From Limnothrix sp. BL-A-16 (GTDB taxonomy: Bacteria; Cyanobacteriota; Cyanobacteriia; CACIAM-69d), in NCBI GenBank assembly GCA_041937175.2, contig CP166615.1, positions 2,848,001 through 2,912,000 of the forward strand: a stretch of 64,000 bases of DNA, given 5' to 3'. This document shows positions 39,647 to 49,685 of this stretch, piece by piece. Under the pieces are notes generated by a model. It saw only the letters and a list, made by a program, of their open reading frames with translations. It searched no databases and had not been told where the DNA came from. The translations under genes were made by a program, and so were the position numbers. Each line of letters starts with the position of its first letter. Within the stretch, counting starts at the first letter, position 1.

Positions 39647-40882
39647 TCAACGCCGATCGAGATTGAGATCGGCCAGGCGATCGAGCAGGGGTTTGGCCAT
39701 CCAATTCAAGCCCACCTTAATTTGATGTTCCAGGGTGGGCATTCGGTACAGATACACCAGTCGCCGCAGGGCATAGGCCAGGGGCCCATCCAATTGCACC
39801 CCCAGGCCGGTGAGGGTGGCGCTGGTGTTACCGAGGGCTAACATTTCGCCCAAATGCTGATATCGGAACGGCAGCAGGGGCCGATCGCACAAGGAAGCCC
39901 AAAGATTCCAGCCCACATAGTCCCCCGCTTGCAAGGCCGCTTGGCCGGTGCTGGGGACAGGACTGCCTTGGAGGTCATTGGCATCGCGCATTTCGGCAAT
40001 GTCCCCGAGGGCAAAAACCTCGGGATGGTCGATCGCCTGGAGGGTGGGTTCCACCAACAGTTGATCGCGACCATTTTTGGGCAGGGGCAAACCTCGAACC
40101 AGCTCAGGCACTCGGTTCCCCACCGTCCAAATGGTCAGTTCCACGGGAATATCTTCTAGGCGGCCGCGATAGTCGAGCATGATGCGATCGGGGCCAATGT
40201 CGCGCACGCTGGTTTCCCAATCAATCCAAATACCACGCTGTTCTAAGGCCTTATCAGCCGCTTGGCGATTAAAGTTGGGCGAATTGCGCAGAATTTGATC
40301 ACTTTGTTCAATTAGCCGCAACCGCCCGCGATCCTGAAGTCGATCGGCAAGTTTGCAAGCCAGTTCCACACCGCTGTAGCCGCCACCCACGACCGCCACT
40401 CGGATTTTGTCGCGATCGGTCGCCTCCAGGGCCCGCAGCCGATCTTCCAACCGATAGGCATCGGCGATCGACCGGAAGGGTAGGGCATGTTCCGCCGCGC
40501 CGGGAATCCAGTCCATCGGCGTTTCGCAGCCCAGGGCCAACACCAACCGATCGTAGGTCAAGGTTTGCGGTTGGCCGGTGACGGGGCTAAGACTCACCTG
40601 CCGTTGCTGGAGGTCGATCGCCTCCACGGTTCCTTGCACAAACCGCACTTGGGTTCCGGCCAGCAACTCCGCAAAGGGCGGGGCCACCTCCCAGGATTGC
40701 AGCTCACCGGTCATCAACTCATACAGCAAGGGCAAAAACACGAAGCGATCGCCCCGATCAACCAACAGAATTTCCGGGCGATGATCTCCCCAATCCAAGC
40801 GATCAAGGCGGAGGGCCGCATACAAACCCCCAAAGCCCCCTCCCAAAATCACAATCCGTGGGCTAGTGCTGTGAGCGGTCAT
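39647..40882 (-). CDS. ndbB: Type II NAD(P)H dehydrogenase, NdbB/NDC1-like (demethylphylloquinone reductase)
   Basis: ILGGGFGGLY.ALRL, F.F.PLLYEL..GE...WE.AP.F, VVGGGYSGVELA, FALGD. Confidence 0.75.
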   Translation of the reverse strand: MTAHSTSPRIVILGGGFGGLYAALRLDRLDWGDHRPEILLVDRGDRFVFLPLLYELMTGELQSWEVAPPFAELLAGTQVRFVQGTVEAIDLQQRQVSLSPVTGQPQTLTYDRLVLALGCETPMDWIPGAAEHALPFRSIADAYRLEDRLRALEATDRDKIRVAVVGGGYSGVELACKLADRLQDRGRLRLIEQSDQILRNSPNFNRQAADKALEQRGIWIDWETSVRDIGPDRIMLDYRGRLEDIPVELTIWTVGNRVPELVRGLPLPKNGRDQLLVEPTLQAIDHPEVFALGDIAEMRDANDLQGSPVPSTGQAALQAGDYVGWNLWASLCDRPLLPFRYQHLGEMLALGNTSATLTGLGVQLDGPLAYALRRLVYLYRMPTLEHQIKVGLNWMAKPLLDRLADLNLDRR

Positions 40883-41156
40883 AGGCTGGCGAGAAATAGA
40901 ACTTGAAAGCAAATAATCGATCGGCCCAAGGGCGCGATCGAGCCGGGCCATCCACAGCCCCCAACCCCTTCAGTGTAGAAAAGCTGTGGTCTTTTTGGGC
41001 GGTTCGCGGATCATTCGCCCTGCATTCGCCCTGCATTCGTAGCTGTTGATTAACCCATTCGCCAAGCCAACGCCAGCCGATCGCCACAGCATTGTCAAAC
41101 GGAGTTGCCATCCTAAAGGAGTTCAGCGCCTCAACACCCCTCAGCGCTTCAACACC

Positions 41157-41684
41157 ATGCAGAAACTCCCTTCTCTCCAGTTTTCGGGTCAACTGTTTTC
41201 GGCGGAAACCCTGTTTCAGTGGGTCGATCGCCTGTCCGATCGTCTCGGGTTGAGCCAGCCGCCCGTGGTCACCCGCGAACAGTTGCAAGCCTGCCCGCCC
41301 CAGAGCCTCGGCCGGGAATGGATTGAGTTAGTCACCCGCAATGGCTATCCCTTGCTCACCAGCGGCCCCCGTCGCAAGCAATTGCATGATGCGATCCATG
41401 TGCTGACCGGTTATGGCACCGATGATTGGGGAGAGTTGGAAGTGCAAGTTTTTCTGTTGGGCTGCAAATTTCGCCATCTCCATTTGCCGATTGTGGCCGG
41501 CCTGTTACGGCGATTGGGGCGATCGGGACAACTCACCGGCCCATGGCGCGATCGAGTCCAGGCCGCCTATCGTCGCGGCCAAGCCGCCGCCGACACCTTC
41601 GATCCTGACAACTGGCCCGCTGAATACCTGCTGGATATGCCCGTGGCCACCGTTCGCGAATGCTTGGGAATTCCTACCCAATAG
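41157..41684 (+). CDS. Coq4-family protein
   Basis: P..SLGR and HD..HVLTGY.TD..GE.E metal-binding motif. Confidence 0.7.
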   Translation: MQKLPSLQFSGQLFSAETLFQWVDRLSDRLGLSQPPVVTREQLQACPPQSLGREWIELVTRNGYPLLTSGPRRKQLHDAIHVLTGYGTDDWGELEVQVFLLGCKFRHLHLPIVAGLLRRLGRSGQLTGPWRDRVQAAYRRGQAAADTFDPDNWPAEYLLDMPVATVRECLGIPTQ

Positions 41685-41767
41685 CCTGGGCGGTCTCGCT
41701 TTGATTGCCAATCGTCACAGTCGATCGCGATCAATCGCCGTCGATTTGCCTCTCAGCACTGAGTAGC

Positions 41768-42988
41768 TCAGTTTCTCAATGGAGACGGGGACTTCGCAGT
41801 TCCCGCTCCACCGCGATCGCCCAAATATTTTTCCAACAGCGCCACAATCTTTTCCTTGCGAGGCGGCTTGGGCAAAAAGTCCGTAGAACCAACCAGCTTG
41901 GCCCGCACGCGATCGACTAACCCATCTTGCCCCGTCAAAATCGTGACCGGCGTATCGCGAAATCCTTCCAAGCGGCGAATCTGAGTACAAATCTCATACC
42001 CATTCACCACCGGCATATTCAAATCCAAAAAGATGAAATCCGGTCGGTGTTTGCGCAACAACGGAATCGCCTGCACCGGATCCTGAGTTGACACAAACCG
42101 ATAACCCGCATGGGTCACAATATTCTCTAAAGACCGACAAATTACCATACTGTCATCAATGCAGGCCACCAGCGCCCCCGCCGTTGGTTCCAGCAAGCCC
42201 GAAAGGGGATTGGGTAAATCTGGCAAGCTCCGAAATTCCACCGCATTTTGTTGCAAGAAATAGCGCAAAATGCGAATGGCCACCATCGAAGATTGTTGCA
42301 GCTTAACGTCAATATCCCAAAAGGTTCGCTGACCATTAAACAGCGGCTGCAAACTATAAAAAGATGTGCTTTCCGTTTGTTCTTGAATTTTGGTATTCAA
42401 AGCCGATGAATCTTTCAACATTGGTGCGCGATTGCTGTAGTCCAAATCCAGACCCAGCAATTGCCAGCGCTGCCAAAGCTGTTCCGCCACCTGCATCAAA
42501 GACTGGACTTCGCATTGCTCCAAAGTCACCTGGGATCCGGTGTCATGATCCAACAGGGGAAAGGGCTGCCAATTAAATTGCGGCTCCATCATGCTGGCCG
42601 CCGTAAAGAGCATTTCCTTGGCCGCCGTGCAGACAATATCGCGAGCCTGCTCTGGGTTAATTTCTTCGGCTTTCAGTCCACGGGCCAGGGTGAGCTGTTC
42701 CCAAAAACGCAATTCTGAAGGGCTGGCAAATTCAATCCGAATTCGGCTGGGGCGAAATTGCGGGCAACTACGTTTGATGGCGCGGCTCCAGCGACGCACG
42801 CGGTGAATTTCGCAGGTGGGATAACCGAGTTTGCCACGGTAAAACGGGAGCAACCAGGTGTGCTTGGTGTCGGTAAGCGACAGAACACCCGAGAGCTGCT
42901 TGGCATTGATCGTTGTCAGCAACGCCCTCAGTCTAGAAATCCCTGATGTTTGCCTCAACATCAACTCTGCGTATCCTCGTACCCTCAA
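41768..42988 (-). CDS. PatA-family response regulator (PATAN + REC)
   Basis: N-terminal SG.L.L...W...FY.G.L, H..RRW.R; REC VACIDDS, FLDLNMP..NGYEIC, D.VRAK.VG.TDFL.KP. Confidence 0.85.
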   Translation of the reverse strand: MRVRGYAELMLRQTSGISRLRALLTTINAKQLSGVLSLTDTKHTWLLPFYRGKLGYPTCEIHRVRRWSRAIKRSCPQFRPSRIRIEFASPSELRFWEQLTLARGLKAEEINPEQARDIVCTAAKEMLFTAASMMEPQFNWQPFPLLDHDTGSQVTLEQCEVQSLMQVAEQLWQRWQLLGLDLDYSNRAPMLKDSSALNTKIQEQTESTSFYSLQPLFNGQRTFWDIDVKLQQSSMVAIRILRYFLQQNAVEFRSLPDLPNPLSGLLEPTAGALVACIDDSMVICRSLENIVTHAGYRFVSTQDPVQAIPLLRKHRPDFIFLDLNMPVVNGYEICTQIRRLEGFRDTPVTILTGQDGLVDRVRAKLVGSTDFLPKPPRKEKIVALLEKYLGDRGGAGTAKSPSPLRN

Positions 42989-43643
42989 TAATTGTCAGTG
43001 GCTGATTCAGATGGGTGACGATCGCCCTCGGTCTTTGACTTACCCCAAGCATAAATCGATCACTGCGGGCGATCGGTTGTCTGTGATCAGTTGTTAGCGA
43101 TTGTCAGCGATCACTGGCGCTTGCTCGGTGGGCCTGCGACCAGTTGTTAGCGATCGGTGGTCGGTTACTGGTGAATCGGTTACTGGTGAATTGGTATCCG
43201 TGATCGTAGGCTTAATTGGCCGACCCGATCCGAGGGGTCACGGGCTGAATAATTGCTTTTTCGCTCAAAATCCGCAAAAGCCGGACTTTAAGCCACCAAT
43301 TTTGCGCCTAGGCGGAAACAGCCTCAGTAATGCCGAGTTGGCGAGCTTTGGAGGGGTTTGAAACCCGGTTGACTCGCAGCACAGCAGATGGGTCACGAAG
43401 TTTGGCCAACTTTGACCATAGAAGATGGTTCAGACGATGGTTGGGTGATAGTTGCATCAAACCAACTTGGGTGCAACGATCGAGATCATCGATTCCACTG
43501 ATCGAAGCGACTGGCAATCGGAGTGACTGGCTGGCGAGGGTATATAACGGCTGGGTGAACCGATCAGGCTCGTGCCAATCAGGCTCATGGAGATCGGGCT
43601 AGTTCGGATCGAGCTAAGTCAGGGCAGGCTAGTTTGGATCGAG

Positions 43644-44423
43644 CTAGGCAGATCGGGGCGTGGAAACAAGCCGTCCATCTTCAACGGAAACGAGGCGATC
43701 GGCAATATCAAGAATGCGATTGTCATGGGTCACCATCAAAATTGTGCAACCCTGCTGCTTGGCGAGGCCTTGCATGAGGTTAACCACTTCCCGGCCAGAT
43801 TGACTGTCGAGGGCGGCGGTTGGCTCGTCGGCCAACACGATTTTGGGATGGCTGGCAAGGGCGCGGGCGATCGCCACCCGTTGCTTTTGCCCACCGGATA
43901 AATCGTCGGGATAGTAATCCGTGCGATGACCCAAACCCACAAGTTCTAGCATCTCGATCGCGCGCGATCGCATCTCCTGAACAGTCCAACCCACATGCAG
44001 GGACAGACTCATTTGCACGTTTTGGGCAGCGGTTAGACTGCGATGCAAGTTGTGTGCTTGGAAGATATAGCCATTGTATCGTCGCGCCAAGACCAATTCC
44101 TCGGGGCTGGCCCCGTGGAGTTCTCGCCCCAACACACTCAGGTGTCCTTCCTGGACGGAGCGCAAACCGCCAATCAGCGTCAGCAGCGTGGTTTTGCCGG
44201 AACCGGAAGGGCCCGTCACCAACACAATTTCCCCGCGCCGAATTTGCAAATTAATCTCAAAGAGAACTTGTTTTTTCAGGTCTCCGTGACCAAACCAGTG
44301 ATTGAGATTGGCAATTTCAATGGCCCAGGCGGATTCAGGCGTGCTATCGATCGCTGTGTTAATCGCGTCGATCGCCCCGTTTGGCTGTCCCGTGGCGGCT
44401 TGGTTGAGGATGGGGTGAGTCAT
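43644..44423 (-). CDS. devA: DevA-family ABC exporter ATP-binding protein
   Basis: GPSGSGKTTLLTLIGGLRS, GYIFQAHNL, LSGGQKQRVAIARAL, DEPTAALD. Confidence 0.9.
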   Translation of the reverse strand: MTHPILNQAATGQPNGAIDAINTAIDSTPESAWAIEIANLNHWFGHGDLKKQVLFEINLQIRRGEIVLVTGPSGSGKTTLLTLIGGLRSVQEGHLSVLGRELHGASPEELVLARRYNGYIFQAHNLHRSLTAAQNVQMSLSLHVGWTVQEMRSRAIEMLELVGLGHRTDYYPDDLSGGQKQRVAIARALASHPKIVLADEPTAALDSQSGREVVNLMQGLAKQQGCTILMVTHDNRILDIADRLVSVEDGRLVSTPRSA

Positions 44424-44492
44424 GGTGGTTGGTCTGCCTATCTGAAATTGCCACACGGGTTGCCGCACTAGTTGCCGCACTAGTTGCTGCAC

Positions 44493-45788
44493 TTAGAACA
44501 TGTCTGCCGGATCCGCCGATTGCAAACGCCGCGAAGCGATCGCCCCCGAAAAACAGCACATTACGAAGGTGACCATCAACACCAACAGCGCCCGCCCCAA
44601 GGTCATAAACATGGGCAAGTTGGTGGCATTACGGGTCAGGGCATATAAGCCAGCGGACACGGCCAAGCTGGGCACAAACCCAACAATGGCCAAGATCAGC
44701 GCTTCTTCCAAAATCACGCCAATGAAATAGCGGTGGCGATAGCCCATGGCCTTGAGGGTGGCATATTCCCGAATGTGGTCGTTGACATCGGTGGAAAGCA
44801 CTTGGTAGACGATGATTACGCCAATGCCAAACCCCAGGGCCACACCAAAGCTGAAGATGAACCCAATGGCGGTGTTTTTAGCCCAGTAGTCTTTTTCAAA
44901 TTGCACAAATTCCGCCTTGGTTAGCACGTTCACATCGCTCGGCAAGGCGGCTTGCAGTTGGGTGCGCACGGTGGCGGGATCGGCTCCCGGTTTCAGGTAA
45001 ATCAGGCCGATGCTGACGCTGCCAGGGTCTCGCCGGGGAAAAGCCCGCAGAAAGTTGCGATCGCTCGTAAGAATGCTGCCATCAGCGGCGAAGGACGCGC
45101 CCACTTTGTAAGTGCCAATGACCTCAATTCGTTTGCGATCGAGGTCGGTTTGCACGGGTTTGCCCCGATCGAGCTGGGCAATGGTTTTTTGATATTCCCC
45201 CCGGGCTGCTCGATCGAAAAGATAGCGATCTTGCAGCTTCAGCTCATTTTGATGCTGTTGGATTTCAGGGAAGTCAAAGGCCGGGCGATCGGGATTGGTT
45301 CCCAAAATCAGGATTTGTTTTTCCTTGCGGGTTTCGGGATTTTTCCAGTTGCTAATCGTGGCATAGAGGGGATCCGCATTGGCCACGCCGGGGATCGCTT
45401 CCGCTTGAAACAGCCGACGACGGGCAAAGCTGGATAGGCCAATCAAATTTCGAGCCTGGGCGCTGATCAACACCACGTCGGCGGTAATTGCTCGGTTCAG
45501 TCGGGTGTTGCTGTCGTAAAGGGCATTTTGGAACCCCAGTTGCATGAAAATAGCCAAGTCCGCAAAGGCAATGCCCGCCAAGGCCGTCAGTAGCCGTCCC
45601 CGATCGTGCCGAAGCTGTAACCAGCCCAGGGGAATGCGACGTTGCAGGGCCGCAACCCAAGGGGGTGTCGTTTGGGGTTCGGGCGTTGGGAGGGATTTTG
45701 GCGCGGCTTCCAAATCAGCCGGGCCGGGAGCTAGGGATTCGGGGGCTGAGGTGGCAGGGCGAGTGAGGCGATCGAGCATGATGGGCAT
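44493..45788 (-). CDS. devC: DevC-family ABC exporter permease
   Basis: IPLGWLQL, AGIAFAD..IFMQLGF, IIVYQVL.TDV.DH..EYATLKAMGY, L.SADPADMF. Confidence 0.9.
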   Translation of the reverse strand: MPIMLDRLTRPATSAPESLAPGPADLEAAPKSLPTPEPQTTPPWVAALQRRIPLGWLQLRHDRGRLLTALAGIAFADLAIFMQLGFQNALYDSNTRLNRAITADVVLISAQARNLIGLSSFARRRLFQAEAIPGVANADPLYATISNWKNPETRKEKQILILGTNPDRPAFDFPEIQQHQNELKLQDRYLFDRAARGEYQKTIAQLDRGKPVQTDLDRKRIEVIGTYKVGASFAADGSILTSDRNFLRAFPRRDPGSVSIGLIYLKPGADPATVRTQLQAALPSDVNVLTKAEFVQFEKDYWAKNTAIGFIFSFGVALGFGIGVIIVYQVLSTDVNDHIREYATLKAMGYRHRYFIGVILEEALILAIVGFVPSLAVSAGLYALTRNATNLPMFMTLGRALLVLMVTFVMCCFSGAIASRRLQSADPADMF

Positions 45789-45917
45789 CCATCCCGAAGG
45801 GTTCTCAGGCAGCACGGACAGTGATGGGGGAAATCCGGCTGCCACCGGTGAGCAGAAATTGAGAATCAGGGCGTGCTAGACAGCCCGATCGATCAAGGTT
45901 GAGGCCAAAACTGGGGC

Positions 45918-46063
45918 TAGTATCGCGACAGGCTTAATACATTGGGTCAACGTTGCGGAGCCAGTCGTGGTAACAAGGGGCTTAAGCCCCTTGCTGCCTA
46001 ACGATTTTGTAGCGATAACAGCCATGTAATTTAACCCAGCGAATTAAGACAGCCACGCTACTA
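45918..46063. mobile_element. MITE-like element, family C, between devB and devC
   Basis: Imperfect TIRs TAGTATCGCGACAGGCTTAAT / ATTAAGACAGCCACGCTACTA; perfect core palindrome at 45974-45993. Confidence 0.6.
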
Positions 46064-47371
46064 GGGCTGGGGCAGAGATTTCAGGTCGATGGTGGCTTTT
46101 ACTTGCAAATTGGTCAGATTGGCCACCCGCTGGCCATCGGTTGGCTCCAGCCGAATTCGCACTTCCACCACGCGCTCATCCAAGTTGGCAGAAGGATCGA
46201 TATCGCGGGTGGTTTGTTTGCGCACCTGCAACCCCGATCGCACCACCGCTCCTCGCAGTTCACCGGAGAATGCATCGCTCGTGATGGTGGCCGTTTGCCC
46301 CACGCGAACCTTGGGGGCATCGGTGTCATACACTTCCGCCACCACTTCCATGAATTGGGTCTGACCCAAATCGGCAATGCCTTGGCTACCGACCAATTCG
46401 CCGGGCCGAGCGTAAATTTTCAGTACCTGACTATCTCGGGGGGCGCGAATAATGGCGCGGTTGAGATCCGCCCGAGCCTGCTTGGCGGCAGCGATCGCGG
46501 CGGCCAGATCGGCTTCGGCCACTCGTAAATCCGTGGGGCGCACCTCTGCAAGTTGATCGAGGGTGGCCCGAGCGGCGGTGAGCTGAGCCACACCCGTGGT
46601 CCGGATGCGATCGAGGCTGGCCTGGGCTTCCACCACTTTTTCTCGATAGGAAGCGTCGATTTGGGCCAAATTAGCCCGCGCTTCTACCAACCGAGCACGG
46701 GCCGTATCCAGGGTGGTGGTTTTGCTGTCCCGTTGCGAGGCGGAAATCGCCCCCGTGCCATAGAGGCTGGCGTAGCGATCGGCTTCCACCTGGGCGTTGG
46801 CTAGCTCCGCTTCCAAACGGGCGATCGTGGCCCGTTGGGCGGCCAGTTGAGTATTCCGTTCCGCCATCAGTCGATCGAGCGTGGCCCGTTGGGAACGCCA
46901 ATCGCCATCCCGCTGGGCCCGTACCCGATTGATCTCTGCCGACTGGGCATTCAGTTCGCCTCGTTTGGCCCCGGCTCGCACCCGATCGAGCGCCGCTTGG
47001 GCCGAATCCACCTGGCGATCGGCCCGTTCCACCGCCGCCGCCAACCGTTCCGCCTCATCCAAAATCGCCACCACCTGGCCCGCCCGCACCCGATCGCCCT
47101 CCTCCACCAACAGACGGGCAATTCGCGAATCAGTGCTCGAGGGCGGAGCCGCCAGCGTAATCACCTCCCCCGCTGGCTCCAGTTGCCCCAGAGCCGTCAC
47201 CACCGTGGGCGACGGCAAGGGCGTAACCACTGGAGCCGGAGTTTCCGCCGCTCGGCTGCGCAACAGCACCGTGCCCCCACCCACCAAGACCACCGCTCCC
47301 AAAGCGATCGGAATCGTCGCTTGAGTCCATTGACGGGGATTGAGCAATTTCCAAGGAACCGGACTGGTCAC
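46061..47371 (-). CDS. devB: DevB-family membrane fusion protein (HlyD-like)
   Basis: VTALG.LEP.GEVI, LLV.EGD.V..GQ..A.LD, coiled coil, V.AEVY..D...V..GQ, RVVEVRIRL; GTG start with GGAGG upstream. Confidence 0.88.
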   Translation of the reverse strand: MTSPVPWKLLNPRQWTQATIPIALGAVVLVGGGTVLLRSRAAETPAPVVTPLPSPTVVTALGQLEPAGEVITLAAPPSSTDSRIARLLVEEGDRVRAGQVVAILDEAERLAAAVERADRQVDSAQAALDRVRAGAKRGELNAQSAEINRVRAQRDGDWRSQRATLDRLMAERNTQLAAQRATIARLEAELANAQVEADRYASLYGTGAISASQRDSKTTTLDTARARLVEARANLAQIDASYREKVVEAQASLDRIRTTGVAQLTAARATLDQLAEVRPTDLRVAEADLAAAIAAAKQARADLNRAIIRAPRDSQVLKIYARPGELVGSQGIADLGQTQFMEVVAEVYDTDAPKVRVGQTATITSDAFSGELRGAVVRSGLQVRKQTTRDIDPSANLDERVVEVRIRLEPTDGQRVANLTNLQVKATIDLKSLPQP

Positions 47372-47434
47372 GATGTCGCCCTCCGAATCTTGTGCAGCGA
47401 GCTGTGGAGTGAGAGAGGTATAGCAGGTAATCAA

Positions 47435-47488
47435 ACTAAACTGTCTAGTTCAATTTTGAGTATAGCTAGACTAAACCGTTTAGTACAA
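47435..47488. promoter_or_regulatory. Paired TetR-type operators around the devBCA promoter
   Basis: ACTAAAC-T-GTCTAGT (47435-47449) and perfect ACTAAAC-C-GTTTAGT (47470-47484) flanking a minus-strand TATACT -10 (47459-47464). Confidence 0.7.
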
Positions 47489-47644
47489 TAGGAATTAATG
47501 AGAAATTCATCCCCAGGTGAAATTTTCTGACTCAAACCCTCCAAACCCTTAACCACAGAGGTCTTTTGCTGCTCAAGGTCACCTGATGCAATCCAAGGCG
47601 ATCGCCCATTAATCTTTAATGACTGCCCAGGAGAACGTTAAGGT

Positions 47645-47790
47645 TAGGGCTTATCGCCAAACTGCCTGCAACCCTGATTCCACTGTTAGCAGATCGGGGG
47701 GGACAAGGGGCTTAAGCCCCTTGTTACGACGATTGGGACATGGAAAGTCAATCATTTCCGTCTGATCCGAGGAAATGGCGGCAGGCCCTA
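47645..47790. mobile_element. MITE-like element, family A copy 3 (146 bp, inverted orientation)
   Basis: Reverse complement aligns end to end with 8261-8406; perfect core palindrome at 47704-47723. Confidence 0.75.
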
Positions 47791-47975
47791 AAACCTTGTA
47801 GAAATGTCATGGTTTGGAATCAACCAGAGGTCAGCGCGCATCAACTGTGAATCAACCGTTACACCGCATCCACGCTATCAATCACTAATCCTGTCAATTT
47901 TGGGCAGGAAGATCCTGGGCAGAGATCAGGGCAGCCCAGCCCCCCTGGCTCAACTCCGTTGCTATTTTGTAGGTA

Positions 47976-48587
47976 ATGACCATGTTCGTTCCGGCTGCGC
48001 ACCCGATCGCCCCCCTCAGCAAAAAACGCCAGATCCTGGACGGAGCCATGAAAACCTTCCTGGCCAAAGGTTATGCAGGCACGAGCATGGATCGCGTGGC
48101 GGCCACCGCAGGCGTTTCCAAAGCAACGGTTTACAGCCACTTCCAAAGCAAGGAAAGTCTTTTTGGGGCGCTGGTGGAAGAGCTGGCCCGCAGCAAGTTT
48201 CCGGAAATGTTTGATGAAACCCTGATGAGGGCTGACCCACACCACTTTTTGCGGCATTTGGCCAATCTCTTCATCTTCAAGGTGGGCCAGGACGAGGGAC
48301 ATGTGGCCTTCATTCGCCTGATCATGGCGGAGTCGGAGCGGTTTCCGGAGTTATCCGAACTGTTCATTCGGAATTTTTGCCAGCGCGGGTGCGAAGCCCT
48401 CACCAGCTACTTGGCAGCCCATCCGGAACTAAATATTGACGATCCAGAAGCCACCGCCCGCATTTTCATTGGTGCTCTAGCTCACTTCAACATTACGCAA
48501 GAAATGTTGGGCGGTAAGCACTTGATTCCCATGGATCCCCAGCGCGTGATCGATACATTGCTGGCCATGATTTTGCGCAACCCCTAG
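47976..48587 (+). CDS. TetR/AcrR-family transcriptional regulator
   Basis: KR.QIL.GA...FL..GY..TSMD.VA..AGVSKATVYSHF.SKE.LF HTH; divergent from devBCA. Confidence 0.92.
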   Translation: MTMFVPAAHPIAPLSKKRQILDGAMKTFLAKGYAGTSMDRVAATAGVSKATVYSHFQSKESLFGALVEELARSKFPEMFDETLMRADPHHFLRHLANLFIFKVGQDEGHVAFIRLIMAESERFPELSELFIRNFCQRGCEALTSYLAAHPELNIDDPEATARIFIGALAHFNITQEMLGGKHLIPMDPQRVIDTLLAMILRNP

Positions 48588-48857
48588 CCGGTGGCTCCCC
48601 ATTCCCCACTCTGGATCCATCGACAGGATTGATAGATTTTTTTATAGATTTCATCAGGCCCCACTGATCCAGAGATCCATCAAGACGATCGCCCCACTCG
48701 TGCAGATCGATCGTCTTGAGCTATCCAAATGCCGGGGATCGTCAATCGGCCAGGTTTTGCCGCCAGCCGCCAAAAAGTATTACCATTTTTTAACAGAGAC
48801 TCAGTGTTTGGAGCACTGCACGTTCTTCTTGGAAGGATTTCCCTCATTATTTCAATC

Positions 48858-49574
48858 ATGACTATCGCCGCCTCTAATGCGATCTCAAATGGGATGGTTA
48901 ATCCCAGTAGTTCAGCCACGGAAGACGAGGGCAAAGGGCTTTTAACCCGTCCCGATCGCAACACCCATGACGGACAACCTGCGCAAGTGCACCAGCCTCC
49001 AGCAGTCAGCAAGGATGACATGATGGACGCGGTACGGACGATTCTGTTAGGGGTTGGTGAAGATCCCGAGCGCGAAGGGCTGCTGAAAACCCCGCACCGG
49101 GTGGCGGAGGCTATGCGTTTCCTCACCAGCGGCTATGACATGTCGTTGGAAACATTGGTCAATGGGGCCATTTTTGATGAGGGCCACAATGAAATGGTTC
49201 TCGTTCGCGACATCAACTTCTTCAGCCTTTGTGAACACCATATGCTGCCCTTCATGGGCCGGGCCCATGTGGCATACATTCCCAACCAAAAGGTGGTGGG
49301 CTTGAGCAAGTTGGCTCGGATCGTGGAAATGTATGCCCGTCGTTTGCAGGTGCAAGAACGCCTAACCCGTCAAGTGGCGGAAGCGATCCAAGAAGTCCTG
49401 GAGCCTCGGGGGGTGGCTGTGGTGATGGAGGGAACCCACATGTGCATGTCGATGCGTGGGGTACAAAAGCCGGGTTCCTGGACGGTGACCAGTGCCATGG
49501 TGGGTGTGTTCCAAGAAGATCAAAAAACCCGCGAAGAGTTTTTGAACCTGATTCGGCATCAGCCGTCGTTCTAG
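48858..49574 (+). CDS. folE: GTP cyclohydrolase I
   Basis: [47 protein letters not shown]. Confidence 0.96.
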   Translation: MTIAASNAISNGMVNPSSSATEDEGKGLLTRPDRNTHDGQPAQVHQPPAVSKDDMMDAVRTILLGVGEDPEREGLLKTPHRVAEAMRFLTSGYDMSLETLVNGAIFDEGHNEMVLVRDINFFSLCEHHMLPFMGRAHVAYIPNQKVVGLSKLARIVEMYARRLQVQERLTRQVAEAIQEVLEPRGVAVVMEGTHMCMSMRGVQKPGSWTVTSAMVGVFQEDQKTREEFLNLIRHQPSF

Positions 49575-49648
49575 GTTTTAAGGCAGGGCACTGAAGAGCT
49601 GTGATCAGATCCTCAATCGCCTGATCCTGCTGTTGCGAGATTGTGATG

Positions 49649-49672
49649 GACAAGGGGCTTAAGCCCCTTGTC
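49649..49672. repeat. Stand-alone core palindrome (REP-like) between convergent genes
   Basis: GACAAGGGGCTTAAGCCCCTTGTC perfect 24-bp palindrome without recognisable TIRs. Confidence 0.8.
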
Positions 49673-49685
49673 TGTCAGAGGCCTA

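Noticed and set aside
44424..44492. N-terminal extension of DevA (QQLVRQLVRQ)
   Set aside because: It is the translation of an intergenic 12-bp tandem repeat; the ATG at 44423 is the more plausible start
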